64,000 bases of DNA from an uncultured Armatimonadetes bacterium (GTDB taxonomy: Bacteria; Armatimonadota; UBA5829; DTJY01). The position numbers and the translations under genes are program-made. Of this stretch, positions 1 through 11,273 are shown one piece after another. A model generated the notes under the pieces. It was not told the origin of the DNA and did no database searches. It saw only the letters and a program-made list of their open reading frames with translations. The DNA is taken from positions 2,688,001 through 2,752,000 of the forward strand of contig OY970325.1 of the NCBI GenBank assembly GCA_963717145.1. Direction: 5' to 3'. Every line of letters begins with the position of its first letter. The stretch's first letter is position 1.

Positions 1-1098
1 AGCGCGCGCCGGGAAAGCTACGTCCCGGAGAGCCGCAAGCCGGAGGTCGAGGCCGCGAGCCTCCTCGATGACATTATGCGCCGGGACTTTACGATCAATA
101 CCCTGCTCGAAAACCTCCACACCGGCGAGGTACACGATCTCACCGGCCAGGGATACGCCGACATCGAAGCCGGCATCATTCGCACGCCGACCGAGCCGCA
201 GACGACGTTCTACGACGATCCGCTTCGGATGCTGAGAGCCATCCGGTTCGCCGTGCGCTTCGGGTTCGAGATCGAGCCATCCACCCACGAGGCCATTCTG
301 CGCGACGTTGAGCGGCTGAACATCATCAGCAAGGAACGCATTCGGGACGAGTTCGCCAAGATCATGCTGAGCGACGACGCCGACCGTGGGCTCCAAATGC
401 TCTCCGATACGGGCCTCCTGAAGCAGTTCGCGCCCGAGTTGCTCGAGATGCAGGGCGTCGAGCAGAGGAGACTGCATGCATGGGATGTGTGGAATCACAC
501 GCTCCACGCGCTGGACTCTCTGCCGAGGCAGGCCGATCTGGTGCTCAGGCTGGCAGTGCTCTTCCATGATACCGGCAAGCCCAGGACCAAGGTGATATCA
601 GACGGTGAGATCCGTTTCTACGGGCACGACGAACTCGGGGCCAAGATCGCGCGGAGGGTCCTCCATCGGTTGCGGTTCCCCGTGAACGAGACCAACCGCG
701 TCGTGAAACTGATCTCTTTGCATATGCGGATCGGCGAATACCGGGAGGAATGGAAAGATGGCGCCGTGAAGCGGTTGATGCGTGATGCGGGCGCGGACAT
801 GCCGGACTTGCTGGCGCTCGCATACGCGGATCGGCTCGGATCGAGCCCCAACCCATCACTCCAAGGCCTGGATGACCTCCAGCGGCGGATCGAGAATATC
901 CTGCTCAAGGTAAAGGTCGAGCAGCTCGAAAGCCCACTTGGCGGCAACGAGATCATGGATCTGCTCGATCTGCCACCCAGCCCGAAAGTCGCGGAAGTGA
1001 AGGATTTCCTCTGCGACGAGGTCATCGAGGGTCGCCTGGATCCCGCCGATAAGGAGTCGGCCGCCCGTCTAGTGACAGAGCGGTTCGGCAAGCAGTAA
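1..1098 (+). CDS. cca: CCA tRNA nucleotidyltransferase / poly(A) polymerase family with HD domain (5' partial, runs off window start)
   Basis: Frame is open from base 1 (SARRESYVPESRKP...). Motifs RRDFTIN, DDPLRMLRAIRF, SKERIRDEF, and HD domain HAWDVWNHT...LFHDTGKP. Confidence 0.9.
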   Translation, partial: SARRESYVPESRKPEVEAASLLDDIMRRDFTINTLLENLHTGEVHDLTGQGYADIEAGIIRTPTEPQTTFYDDPLRMLRAIRFAVRFGFEIEPSTHEAILRDVERLNIISKERIRDEFAKIMLSDDADRGLQMLSDTGLLKQFAPELLEMQGVEQRRLHAWDVWNHTLHALDSLPRQADLVLRLAVLFHDTGKPRTKVISDGEIRFYGHDELGAKIARRVLHRLRFPVNETNRVVKLISLHMRIGEYREEWKDGAVKRLMRDAGADMPDLLALAYADRLGSSPNPSLQGLDDLQRRIENILLKVKVEQLESPLGGNEIMDLLDLPPSPKVAEVKDFLCDEVIEGRLDPADKESAARLVTERFGKQ

Positions 1099-1193
1099 CG
1101 GGAGGGCGAGGCTCCGTCCGAGCCGCATGCTTCGGAGGCAGAACGAAGTAGCGCTACCGAAGCATACGGCTCGGACGGAGCCTCGCCCTCCCG
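1099..1193. repeat. REP/REPIN-like long inverted repeat
   Basis: 37-bp arms (1099-1135 and 1157-1193) with one mismatch, core GGGAGGGCGAGGCTCCGTCCGAGCCG, directly after the cca stop. Confidence 0.8.
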
Positions 1194-1407
1194 CCCCCAC
1201 TCGCTTTCGAAAGAAATGCTTTCTTATTTTGCCCTCGCTTGGTTTCAATACCGGCTGGGAATGGGTACAAGCTCAACTGGAGATTCGGTATTCCCTGCCA
1301 AGACTACCGAGTACTTGCGGCTCGTCATTCCCACAACATATATCACAGCCGGTTCTACAATCAATCGGGTATAACAAGACTAGGCTGTGACCGGCACGGG
1401 GGCAACC

Positions 1408-4400
1408 ATGAAACGAATAGTAACCTCAACAACACTTCTACTACTGCTCAGCTTCTGCGTTGGATCCGCGTTCGCGTCACCGATCGTCCTGCGCACGGGG
1501 TCGTTCGAGCCCCCCGCCAAGTCGAGTCTCAAGCTCGAGTCGCGAAGGGCAAAGGCCGGACACTACATCCTCCAGTTCGCGGGACCGGTCGAAGACTCCT
1601 GGAAGCAGGAAGTCGAGAAGCTGGGCGTCAAACTTGGCGATTACATCCCCGAGTATGCTTTCGTAGCCAAGATGACCTCCGACCAAGCTTCCCGTGTCGC
1701 CGGCCTGCAGTCGGTCCGATGGGTCGAGCGAGTCCGGCCGTCATACCGCAAGGATTCCAGACTCAGCACACTGGGTGTCGCAGATCTCCAAGTGGCGATC
1801 AAGCTGTTCCCCGGCGAGTCGCCGTCGGAGGTGGAGGCGCTCGTGAAGAACGCGGGCGGTACGATGCTTTCCCCCGTGCAGGCATCGGACCGCTATCTGA
1901 CCGCCTCCCTGCCTTCGAGCGCGCTGGACAGCCTGGCTAACCTGGAATCCGTCGAGTGGGTCGAAGAATGGGTGCAGCCGAGGCCAGCGAACAATGTCGC
2001 ACAGGGCATTATCGGCGTCCACGACGTCCGGGAGCGGATCGCACTCTATGGCGAGGGGCAGATCATGGCCTTCGCGGATTCCGGTCTCGACACCGGCAAC
2101 CTCGCCACACTCAGCGACGATTTCGCAGGACGGATACTCGCCTATTACGCGCTCCGCAGGCAGGATGATTGGAGCGACCTGACAAGCCACGGCACCCACG
2201 CGATCGGGGTCGCGGTCAACTCAGGCGTCCTCTCCGGGAGCAATCCGGCCGAGCATTCGTATGACAGCTCGTTCGCAGGAGTCGCCCCCGAGGCGCAGAT
2301 AGTGATCCAGTCGATCGGCGACGGCAGCGGATACGTATACCCGCCCCTGGCTCTTTCCGCGCTGTTCCAGCCGACATACGATCTCGGGGCAAGGGTACAC
2401 AGTGACAGTTGGGGCTCGCCGGTCCACGGTAAGTACACATTTTACTCTCAGCAGGTGGATGATTTCGTCAACAGCCATCGGGACTTCGTCACCATCTTCC
2501 CCATGGGCAACGACGGTAGAGACGGCAACAGCGACGGCGTCACGGACTTGGGACAGGCATATGCTCCGGCGACGGCGAAGAACTGCATCTCCGTCGGCGC
2601 GACCGAGAACGTCCGCTCCGACGGATGGAACACCAAATACGGCGATGCGTGGTCAAGCGACTTCCCCGTGCCGCCTCTGCGCAACGATTACATTTCGGAC
2701 AACGCTCAAGGGATGTCTTCATGGAGCAGCCGCGGCCCGTGCGAGGATGGGCGGATCAAGCCGGACATCTGCGCCCCGGCACCAACATCGTCTCCACCCG
2801 CTCCCATGCCGTACCCGGGATAACCGGATGGAAGGTGTATGACGACGACTACATCTTCTGGGGCGGCACCAGCATGTCGACTCCAATGATCGCCGGGACC
2901 GCCGCCCTGGTGAGGGAGTACTACCTGAAAAAGCAGGGCATCGCCCCCAGCGCGGCACTCGTCAAGGCCACGATGCTCAACAGCGCAACCGACCTTTCGC
3001 CCGGACAGCACACTTCTCCCATGGAAGTCGCACCCCGCCCGAACAGCGTCCAGGGCTGGGGCAGGGTGAACCTCGCCTCGACGCTCGACCCGCCGGCCCC
3101 CAAGGTTCTGGCGTTCGTCGATGAGGGCGCGGGCCTCTCAACCAACCAGAGCAGGGTCTTCGAATACAGGGTCTTGGGGAATTCCGTGCCCCTGGCGGTG
3201 ACTCTCGTGTGGACCGATCCTCCGGCATCTTCGCTATCAGGCAAGCAGTTGGTGAACGATCTCGATCTCCGGGTGACGGCCGCCGGGCGGCGGGATTTCC
3301 CTCGGCAACGGACATATCGACATCACGAACAACGTCGAGAGCGTCGATATCGCGACACCGGCGATCGGGACTTACCAGATAACCGTGCTCGGCCGGAACA
3401 TACCATCCGGCCCGCAGACCTTCGCGCTGGTTGTCTCTGGAGAACTGCCCGGCGGATACATCGCAGGCACGGTCAGAACCGCGTCCGGCAACCCGGTCTC
3501 AGGCGTGTTGATGACTCTGGCGGACGGAGGCGTCGTCAGCACGACACTGACCGGCCAGAACGGCGACTACACGGTCCACCTGCCCTCTGACAGCTACATC
3601 GTCATACCGTCGAAGGACGGATGGACATTCGACCCGGGGAACATCGTTGTGCCTGTCGGAGAGGAAGGGGTGTCCGGCATCGACTTCACGGGCTCGGCGG
3701 CGGTCGGGCGCATCACCGGGACGGTCACCAGTGCAATCGGCGGCCGGGCGAACTACTCGCTCGACACCGACCATCCATATCCCGACAATGCCGATATGAC
3801 TTACGTCATAACCGCTCATGTGGGCACCGCCAGGATCCGCGTCCACTTCGACGAGATCGACCTGCAGGACGGATATGACGTCGTATTCGTCGAGGATGCC
3901 GAAGGAACCGTTGTGGACGAGTATAGCGGTGAGATTTCCGATCAATGGACTTCGTGGGTGACCGGCAATGTGGCAAGGATACATCTAGTTTCGGATGACA
4001 GCACCACGTTCTACGGATTCCACATCGACGGCTATGAAACCGACGTCGTCCAGCAGGGCCCGCTCTCGGGCGTTACGGTAACATTGGAACCGGGAGGAGC
4101 AACGGCGGTCAGTCAACCGGACGGCACATTCGCGATCGAGAACCTGGAGCCGATCTCCTACACGTTGACTCCGTCTCTCAGCCACTGGAAGTTCCTGCCG
4201 GATCGGAGGTCGGTGGCGGTCCCCCCAGGCGGCACTGCGAGCGGTCAGAATTTCCTCGGGTTCCCGCCGGGGACCATAGCAGGCACGGTATCCGCGGGCA
4301 CGACCAGCGAGTACGCAGAGATCGTCGAATCGGAGCATCCGTACCCCGATAGCACGCTGGTGGAGTATCCCGTGAGCGGGCCACCGGGTTGCAGCCGAAT

Positions 4401-5424
4401 CCGCGTGCACTTTACGCAGATAGACATGGAGCCGGGGTTCGACTTCATCGATATACTGGACGCCGGAGACAATGTTGTCGACACATACACCGGCTCATAT
4501 ACCGACCAGTGGACTCCCTGGGTGGCAGGTGACACCCTCAAGATTCGCCTTCAGTCAGATGAAGGCAGCAGCATGTACGGCTTCCGGATGGATAAGTACG
4601 CGGCGGTTGCCGGTGAGCATGGGATCGCGGGCGCCACGGTCAGCACTGAAACCGGCGGCTTCAGCGCCGTAACCAATTCCTCCGGCGTGTTCATCATCAC
4701 AGATGTGGATGCCGGACCGTACTTCGTGTCGCCCTCCATGCCCTACTGGACCTTCGAGCCCGTCTCGAGGCAGGTAAACGTGGTGTCCGGGGTGATCACC
4801 ACCGATGTCGGCTTCTATGGCAGCTTGTCGAGCATGCCCGGGCTGGTCTACATCAAGTCACTGGCAGACGGGACGGACGTCTGCATATCGGGCAAAGTGG
4901 TCACTGCCGGAACCGATGATTTCCCGGGATGCTTCTATGTGGAGGAGAGCGACAGGACCTCCGGAATCAAGGTGACAACCTCCAAGACCGTGCACGCCGG
5001 TGACGTGGTAACAATATCAGGCATCATACATACGGCCGACGGGGAGCGCTACATCGCCTCCTCGGGTGTCACGGTCTCGCCTACCTCGGGGGTCATCCCG
5101 GACCCACTCGGCCTCCATGGCAGGGCACTCGGCGGAGGTCGTTGGAACACTCACACTCCGGGTGTCACGTATGGGGTCGGATTGAACAACGTCGGCCTGC
5201 TGGTACGGACCTGGGGACGGGTGCTGAACGTCGACGCGGGCCAGTTCTACCTCGATGACGGCTCGGTCGGCGGGATCAAGGTCAACTGCGGTTCGATCGA
5301 TCCTGCGATGGAGGAGTCGTGGGTGCAACTGACGGCGATCAGTACCTGCGAGCTGGTAGGCTCGGACATCGTCCGTGTGCTGAGAGCACGCAAGGCCACA
5401 GACATCATCACGATCCTCCCGTAG
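1408..5424 (+). CDS. Secreted S8 subtilase (KP-43-like) with carboxypeptidase-regulatory-like and two CUB-like domains and a shared C-terminal domain; split by two apparent single-base indels
   Basis: Signal peptide, then catalytic motifs FADSGLD, SHGTHA, MGNDG and GGTSMSTP across ORFs 1387-2823, 2625-3590 and 3385-5424. A -1 C at 2774-2777 (PDICAP|GTNIVS) and a +1 at ~3280-3300 restore one ~1338-aa frame. Two HPYPD...RIRVHF...D CUB-like units. Confidence 0.85.
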
Positions 5425-5452
5425 GGCCTGTTCCACGACCGCAGCGTACCTC

Positions 5453-5508
5453 TTTGTGGGAGGAGTCTCCGGACGGACAGATCGCTGTCCGGAGACTCCT
5501 CCCGCAAA
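5453..5508. repeat. REP-like inverted repeat / stem-loop after the subtilase
   Basis: TTTGTGGGAGGAGTCTCCGGAC...GTCCGGAGACTCCTCCCGCAAA. Confidence 0.65.
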
Positions 5509-5663
5509 TGCATACCGATCCCGGAAGACCCCCACCGTCAGTACTGAGTTCGCCGGTGAATGACTGCGCTCGCGGCGCAGTAACTTGCTCCTTCGAAAAC
5601 AGCCGCCCATCGGCTGTTTTCATGTATAGTGGTGTTCCGAAGGGACATGCCGGATTCCTAAGA

Positions 5664-5734
5664 AACCACCGATCTCAGACGACTCCGTCGTCCTCCGCAG
5701 CCACCGACGACGGAGTCGTCTGAGATCGGTGGTT
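5664..5734. repeat. Perfect 29-bp inverted repeat between convergent genes
   Basis: AACCACCGATCTCAGACGACTCCGTCGTC (5664-5692) and its exact reverse complement (5706-5734). Confidence 0.75.
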
Positions 5735-5980
5735 CTCTTCTGAAATAACCGCGTCCTCGCGGTACGCCGCTCAGAATGACATCCGTGTGGCTTTGCTATC
5801 AACGATCAAAGGCGTTTGTCCACCAAGAATGTGCCGGGAGGTCACACGTGCGCGCGTGGGCAAGAGAATGCGCTGATGGCAGTGGTGGCGAGGGTGCGGG
5901 GTGAAACAGGACACATGGGGATGGCAGGGCGGCCACCACAATCGACGCTGGGGGGCGTAGCAGGCCGCTGAAGGCCCGCC

Positions 5981-7219
5981 CTACACTCTTTGCCTGTATC
6001 GCCTCAGGGCCAGTCCGCATGTGACACAGAGCGTCCCCAGTTGCAGAATCGATGACGGCTCGGGAACCGTGCCCACCGCGTACACATAGGAACCGTATGT
6101 CCCCACGTACACCGTACCGTCGGCGCCGATCGCCGGAGAGGAGTGTATTTTCGATCCGAGGTTCCGGCTCCAGTTCGTCGTGCCGCTCTGGCTCACCGAA
6201 TAGAGGTAGCCGCTGTGAGTCCCGAAATAGACCGAATTGTTGATGTCGACCAACGGCGAGGATGAGATGGGCGAATTCACCGTGAGCGCCCACTTGCGAG
6301 TCCCGTCCGGGCGGACTGCGTGAAGTGCACCGTCATAGGACCCAAAGTAGATCGTGCCGTCGTAACCGATGGCAACGGAGGAGCTGACGTTCGGCGGAGC
6401 GGAATATGCCCATCGCCTGGTCCCGTTCGGGTTGACGGCATACAGCCACCCGGTCGACGATGCTATGTACACAGTGCCGTCGTCGCCGATCGCCGGCGTC
6501 GCCGCCATCTGACCTTCTCCCCTGAAGACCCATGCCAGCGAACCATTGGGGTTCAGCGAGTACAGACCTCCGTCGCTGGATCCTATGTAGATCCTTCCGT
6601 CGCTGCCGATCGCAGGGGATGAGAAGCTGTGCTCTCCCATTGCATACCACCAGTTGACGGATCCGGTCGCGGAGTTCACGGAGTACACTCTACCTGCTTC
6701 GTCGGCAAAGTAGAGAGCGCCGGCGGCATCCAGGATGGGAGACGAATAGACGGCGGAAGTCTGAGTGCCCGGTATCTGACCTATCTTGAGGTCCCATTTC
6801 TTTGTTCCATTCGGGTTCAGGGCATACATATGGGCATCGGACGAGCCGAAGTAGATGGTACCATCGCTTCCAACGGCGGGCGAAGATGAGATGGAACCAT
6901 AGGTGCGATAGGACCACAAGGTCGCGCCTGTATGGCTGATTGCATAGAGATTCTTATCGAACGAACCAACGTAGACAGTGCCGTCTCCCGTAATGGCGGG
7001 CGAAGACGTGATGTAGCTGCCGGTCTGCACTCTCCAGGCAACAGAGTCCTGGTCTGTGCCTGCATAGATCGAGCGACCGGTTCTACCAGGGTCTACGCGA
7101 AACGACGGTTGTCCGCTCCCGGATTGTGCGCTGACAGGTGACATGCACCAGACTGTCAGCGTCAGCAATACGAGCGCTGCTGCCAGTGATGTTCGGTGGT
7201 CCACTAAGTACCTTTTCAT
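5981..7219 (-). CDS. PQQ/BamB-like beta-propeller protein with PEP-CTERM sorting signal
   Basis: Signal peptide; ~8 SSPAIGxDGTxYxGSxDxxLYAxNPNG blades; C-terminal VPEPSS + hydrophobic segment + RRYRQR. Confidence 0.88.
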   Translation of the reverse strand: MKRYLVDHRTSLAAALVLLTLTVWCMSPVSAQSGSGQPSFRVDPGRTGRSIYAGTDQDSVAWRVQTGSYITSSPAITGDGTVYVGSFDKNLYAISHTGATLWSYRTYGSISSSPAVGSDGTIYFGSSDAHMYALNPNGTKKWDLKIGQIPGTQTSAVYSSPILDAAGALYFADEAGRVYSVNSATGSVNWWYAMGEHSFSSPAIGSDGRIYIGSSDGGLYSLNPNGSLAWVFRGEGQMAATPAIGDDGTVYIASSTGWLYAVNPNGTRRWAYSAPPNVSSSVAIGYDGTIYFGSYDGALHAVRPDGTRKWALTVNSPISSSPLVDINNSVYFGTHSGYLYSVSQSGTTNWSRNLGSKIHSSPAIGADGTVYVGTYGSYVYAVGTVPEPSSILQLGTLCVTCGLALRRYRQRV

Positions 7220-7272
7220 GGCCGGACCCCCTCCCTTTGAACTAAACCTCGATGACTCTCAACGGTCATAAA

Positions 7273-7288
7273 TGCAAGAATCGTGCCA
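7273..7288 (-). promoter_or_regulatory. sigma54 (-24/-12) promoter for the PEP-CTERM propeller gene
   Basis: Minus strand reads TGGCACGATTCTTGCA, matching the consensus TGGCACG-N4-TTGC(A/T), about 55 bp upstream of the start codon. Confidence 0.85.
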
Positions 7289-7538
7289 AAAGGCAAGAAA
7301 CCGCCAATATACCGATCGGTTTTTCATTCATTTGAACAGCTTATGTTTGGTATGTGATGGCTTTGGGTAGAATACGGCCAGTGCAAGATGTACATTCATG
7401 CAATGGACTGGCTGCATGGAGAGCAAGCATTGAGCATTTTGGGTTCAGCCGTAGTAGACCATACGCTTGTTGATTTAGGTTTGGACTGCACGATTCGTGG
7501 GTAAGATACAACGTCTGTAAGCTGTCCCTGTGACAAGC

Positions 7539-7567
7539 TTGACGCATGCTTGATAAGCAAGCGTCAA
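7539..7567. promoter_or_regulatory. Palindromic operator-like site in the 1.2-kb divergent intergenic region
   Basis: TTGACGCATGCTT-GAT-AAGCAAGCGTCAA; 12 of 13 arm positions are complementary. Confidence 0.4.
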
Positions 7568-8408
7568 AGTAGCAGGCGCATTGTCGCTGAGACCTGTACC
7601 GCCAGGCTCTGACGAGTCACAGGCAGCCAGTGGGAGCAAGCGCTGCCTGTAATAATGATGGCAGACACTGCTCCCGAGCGCCCGTAGGTTCTGCGGTGAA
7701 AAGTTTGAACAAAGTAAGTTTAAGCCAAGAGGCTAAGTGGGTAAAATCGAGGGGCTGATTGGCGTAGAAGTCGGAGACTTTCCGACGTCAGTACGACAAG
7801 ACTCTAACCAGCAGCGAAAACGCTTGATCGCATACATGTCCGAACTCCCATCGCTTGCAGAATCGGGCTCAAACATGCTCTGTAGCATGCAAGCCGCAAG
7901 TTGTGGCTCGATCGGGCGGTAACTCGTACAGTATAAATCCAATAGACCTTGAAGAGAGAAGAGGAAGGCTGAGAGATGGGAAGATCCCTCAGCCCGCGGC
8001 CTTCAGATTACTCCATGTGCTAGAGCGGTGTTGGCCTTGTTGCTATTATGGGGGCGGGACGCACGCAAGTCAATAGCTTATCGTGCCCTCGCCTGGTAGC
8101 TAAACAAACGGCCAACCCTTTAATAAGTTTCATCGGCGGCCCGGGCATCGTTGCTAGCCCGTCAGTCGACTCGATGACATACCGAAGGGGGTGGTGTGTA
8201 TTACGTAAGCTAGACGATTGGCGATTGTTTCCGAACTCGGTGTTTTTTCGGGCCATGCAAGGAGGCAAAGTATTGGTTCAAACCCCGGGATCGAAGGACG
8301 ACATTACTGGGTGCTGTCATGTCGGCCGGAAGTAGTCGCAAAGCAACGACCCAAGCACCGTTTGATTAGCAATTGAATGCAACCATCTAAAGGAGGAAAC
8401 ACGCTACC

Positions 8409-9290
8409 ATGAAGAAGTCACTACTGTTGATCGCTCTGATGCTGCTGGTTGCTGTTCCCGCAATGGCAGCGAGAGTAGCTTCGGTTCCCATCACTCACGA
8501 GACATCGCTTGTATACCAGGCATATCCTGGTAACAGCGACGGAACCGACCTTGAGTTCCTGGGCTATCTGGGCACGGGCGAGGATGTTATCACGGCTGTC
8601 CCGGGCGTTCTTTCGATCGTCCCCGGTGACAACTGGGAGAACTTCGTCGGCGCCGCTCAGGAAGATCCTGCAGTCCCTTACACGATCAAGAACGTGGTTC
8701 TGTGCAAGCAGACCCCGTCGGTCATCCAGTGCGCGGACATCTTCCCTGCGAAGACCATCTGCCAGCAGGGAACACCGAACATTCGCCTCTGGTGGCCTCT
8801 GATGTACGAGGCTCCTGGAACGTGCTGGACGCTCACCATCCTCTACGGAACTTCCGTTCCCTACGACGATGACGGCGCTGGCCCGAACCCGGCCGGCTAC
8901 GTTCACACCGAAGTCTGGGTGTGGTGTGTAGACGCGACGCTGGAGAGCCTTGAGAATCTCCTGGACCTGTTCCATGAGCTTCCCTTCGGCTTGGACGAAG
9001 TTCCCCTGATCTCTGACGAGGAACTGTTCCCGATCCTCCAGGACAAGATCGATGCCATCGAGGCTGCCCTTGAGGGCTCCGTGCCGGATCCGACGACTGC
9101 CGGGATGATCCTCGGCGACTTCGAGATGGAAGTCATGGATGCCTGCATCCCCGTATCGCCGATGACCCCGGCCCCGACGGGCCCCGGAACCGGCATTGCG
9201 AACACGCTGGAGAATCCGGCATGCTGCAAGCTCATGGTTGACGCTGAGTTCATCGGCTTCGACTTGGGCATCTTCCTGCCGGCGAAGTAA
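8409..9290 (+). CDS. Secreted ENPACCK-domain protein, paralog 1 (unknown function)
   Basis: RBS AAGGAGG; Sec signal peptide ending PAMA|AR; the conserved domain is shared with seven other ORFs in the window; 8 Cys. Confidence 0.9.
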   Translation: MKKSLLLIALMLLVAVPAMAARVASVPITHETSLVYQAYPGNSDGTDLEFLGYLGTGEDVITAVPGVLSIVPGDNWENFVGAAQEDPAVPYTIKNVVLCKQTPSVIQCADIFPAKTICQQGTPNIRLWWPLMYEAPGTCWTLTILYGTSVPYDDDGAGPNPAGYVHTEVWVWCVDATLESLENLLDLFHELPFGLDEVPLISDEELFPILQDKIDAIEAALEGSVPDPTTAGMILGDFEMEVMDACIPVSPMTPAPTGPGTGIANTLENPACCKLMVDAEFIGFDLGIFLPAK

Positions 9291-9307
9291 GGACAACTAC
9301 AGAGTAT

Positions 9308-9333
9308 GCGCGGACGGGGAAACCCGTCCGCGC
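9308..9333 (+). other. GC-rich intergenic stem-loop (GAAA tetraloop)
   Basis: GCGCGGACGGG-GAAA-CCCGTCCGCGC, with no clear U-tract. Confidence 0.7.
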
Positions 9334-9389
9334 TGCTTCGGTCATAAGTCGACCGGTTGACCACCCCCTTATAACAACTGGAGATACTG

Positions 9390-10232
9390 ATGGGACGGTA
9401 TCTGACGCCGCTAATGATACTGTTCGCCATTGCCGTGCCGGCGATGGCGGCAAGGGTTACTTCCGTGCCGATCATGCACGAGACCGACTTTGTCTTCCAG
9501 GCCTATGCCGTTCGAGACGGTTCGCCGCTCGATGTCATTGAGGCAGTTCCGGGCGTTCTATCGATCGTACCCGGAGAGAACTGGGAGAACTTCGTCGGAG
9601 CAGCGCAAGAGGATCCGGCAGTACCCTACGTTATAAAGAACGTGGTCCTGTGCAAGCAGACTCCCTCTGTCATCCAGTGCGCGGATGTGTTTCCTGCAAA
9701 GACGATTTGTCAACAGGGAACGGGAAGCATCCGCCTCTGGTGGCCGCTGATGTACGAGGTCCCCGGCACCACCTGGACGCTCACGGTTGTCTACGGAACA
9801 AATGTTCAGTATGACGACGACGGCGCAGGTCCGAACCCGGCCGGCTACGTTCACACCGAGGTGTGGACGTGGCAGGTCCAGGCGACTCTGGAGAGCCTCG
9901 AGAGCCTCTTGTCGCTCTTCCACGAGCTGCCGTTCGGTCTGGATGAAGTCCCTCTCATATCCGATGAGGAACTGTTCGTGGCCTTGCTTGGCAAGGTTAC
10001 GGAGATCCAGGCAAGCGTCTGTACGAACGACCAGGCGGGCATGGGTCTTCTACTCGGCGATTTCGAGATGGAGGTCATGGATGCGTGCATTCCCGTCTCG
10101 CCGGAGACTCCGGCCCCAACGGGCGCAGGAACCGGCATTGCCAACTCGCTGGAGAACCCAGCATGCTGCAAGCTCCTGGCTGACGCCGAGTTCATCGGCT
10201 TCGACCTGGGCATTCTGCAGCCGAAGAAGTAA
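9390..10232 (+). CDS. Secreted ENPACCK-domain protein, paralog 2
   Basis: Signal peptide PAMA|AR; same conserved blocks (VPGVLSIVPG, WPLMYE, DDDG, FHELPFG, ENPACCKL). Confidence 0.9.
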   Translation: MGRYLTPLMILFAIAVPAMAARVTSVPIMHETDFVFQAYAVRDGSPLDVIEAVPGVLSIVPGENWENFVGAAQEDPAVPYVIKNVVLCKQTPSVIQCADVFPAKTICQQGTGSIRLWWPLMYEVPGTTWTLTVVYGTNVQYDDDGAGPNPAGYVHTEVWTWQVQATLESLESLLSLFHELPFGLDEVPLISDEELFVALLGKVTEIQASVCTNDQAGMGLLLGDFEMEVMDACIPVSPETPAPTGAGTGIANSLENPACCKLLADAEFIGFDLGILQPKK

Positions 10233-10233
10233 C

Positions 10234-10265
10234 GGCGATCGGCCTGCATCGCAGGCCGTTTCGCC
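10234..10265 (+). other. Intergenic stem-loop after paralog 2
   Basis: GGCGA-T-CGGCCTGC-ATC-GCAGGCCG-TT-TCGCC. Confidence 0.55.
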
Positions 10266-10325
10266 CTACTCAGTCATCAACGGCCCCGGCCTTTGACCGG
10301 GGCCATCCATAAAGGAGTTACGACC

Positions 10326-11195
10326 ATGAAGAAGTACTTGTTGCCGCTTGCCGCAGTACTTCTGGTTGTCTCACTACCTGCATTCGCAGCCAGGACAGCG
10401 ACAGTTCCGTTGACGCATCCCGAGATGATCGTCTTCCAGGTTTACCCTGGAAACAGCCTCGACAGCGAGGTGGCGTTCGCGGGATACGAGGGGATAGTCC
10501 CCGGGGACCTGATCACTGTCGTACCAGGCATACTGTCGATCGTTCCCGGCGATAACTGGGCGAATTTCGTCCAGGCCGTACGCGATAACCAGCCATATAC
10601 GATCAAGAACGTGGTCATCAGAAAGACGACGCCTGAGCTGAATCAGTGCGCAGACCTCTTCCCGGCTAGAGTCGTGAGCCTGGGCGGAACACCCAACGTC
10701 AGACTCTGGTGGCCTACCATGTTCGAGGTCCCAGGCACAACCTGGACGCTGACTATCGTTTACGGGACGACTACGCCGTATGACGACGACGGACCGACGG
10801 GACCCAACCCTCCATCCTACGTGCATACCGAAGAGTGGGTCTGGAGAGTTGACGCATCTCTCGAGCAGATAGAGCAATTGCTCGCTCTGTTCCACGAGGT
10901 GCCGTTTGGTACAGACGAGGTTCCTCTCATCTCCGATGAGGATCTCCTCGTGGCTCTTCTCGACAAGTTGGACTTAATGGGGAATACCACCGAACCTCTA
11001 GCTCTCGCGAACTTGTTCGCGGATTTCGAGATGGAAGTGATGGACGCGTGTATCCCTGTTTCCCCGAGATATCCGAATCCAACCGGAAGCGGAACGGGCA
11101 TCGCCAACTCACTCGAGAATCCTGCATGCTGCAAGCTGCTGGTCGACGCCGAGTACGTTGGAGTTAAACTCGGTGTGCTGCAGCCTGGTAAGTAG
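10326..11195 (+). CDS. Secreted ENPACCK-domain protein, paralog 3
   Basis: RBS AAGGAG before ATG 10326; signal peptide PAFA|AR; conserved domain. Confidence 0.9.
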   Translation: MKKYLLPLAAVLLVVSLPAFAARTATVPLTHPEMIVFQVYPGNSLDSEVAFAGYEGIVPGDLITVVPGILSIVPGDNWANFVQAVRDNQPYTIKNVVIRKTTPELNQCADLFPARVVSLGGTPNVRLWWPTMFEVPGTTWTLTIVYGTTTPYDDDGPTGPNPPSYVHTEEWVWRVDASLEQIEQLLALFHEVPFGTDEVPLISDEDLLVALLDKLDLMGNTTEPLALANLFADFEMEVMDACIPVSPRYPNPTGSGTGIANSLENPACCKLLVDAEYVGVKLGVLQPGK

Positions 11196-11222
11196 ATAGT
11201 GAAGTACGACTAGGTGCGGAGT

Positions 11223-11254
11223 AGAGGGCTCCGTCCGCAAGGGCGGAGTCCTCT
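11223..11254 (+). other. Intergenic stem-loop (GCAA tetraloop) after paralog 3
   Basis: AGAGGGCTCCGTCC-GCAA-GGGCGGAGTCCTCT, a 14-bp stem with two G-U pairs. Confidence 0.7.
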
Positions 11255-11273
11255 TCTAGAAGAGAGACTGATC

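Noticed and set aside
7341-8335. Short ORFs in the 1.2-kb divergent intergenic region
   Set aside because: No RBS, recognisable motif or typical codon bias; the region reads as regulatory DNA.
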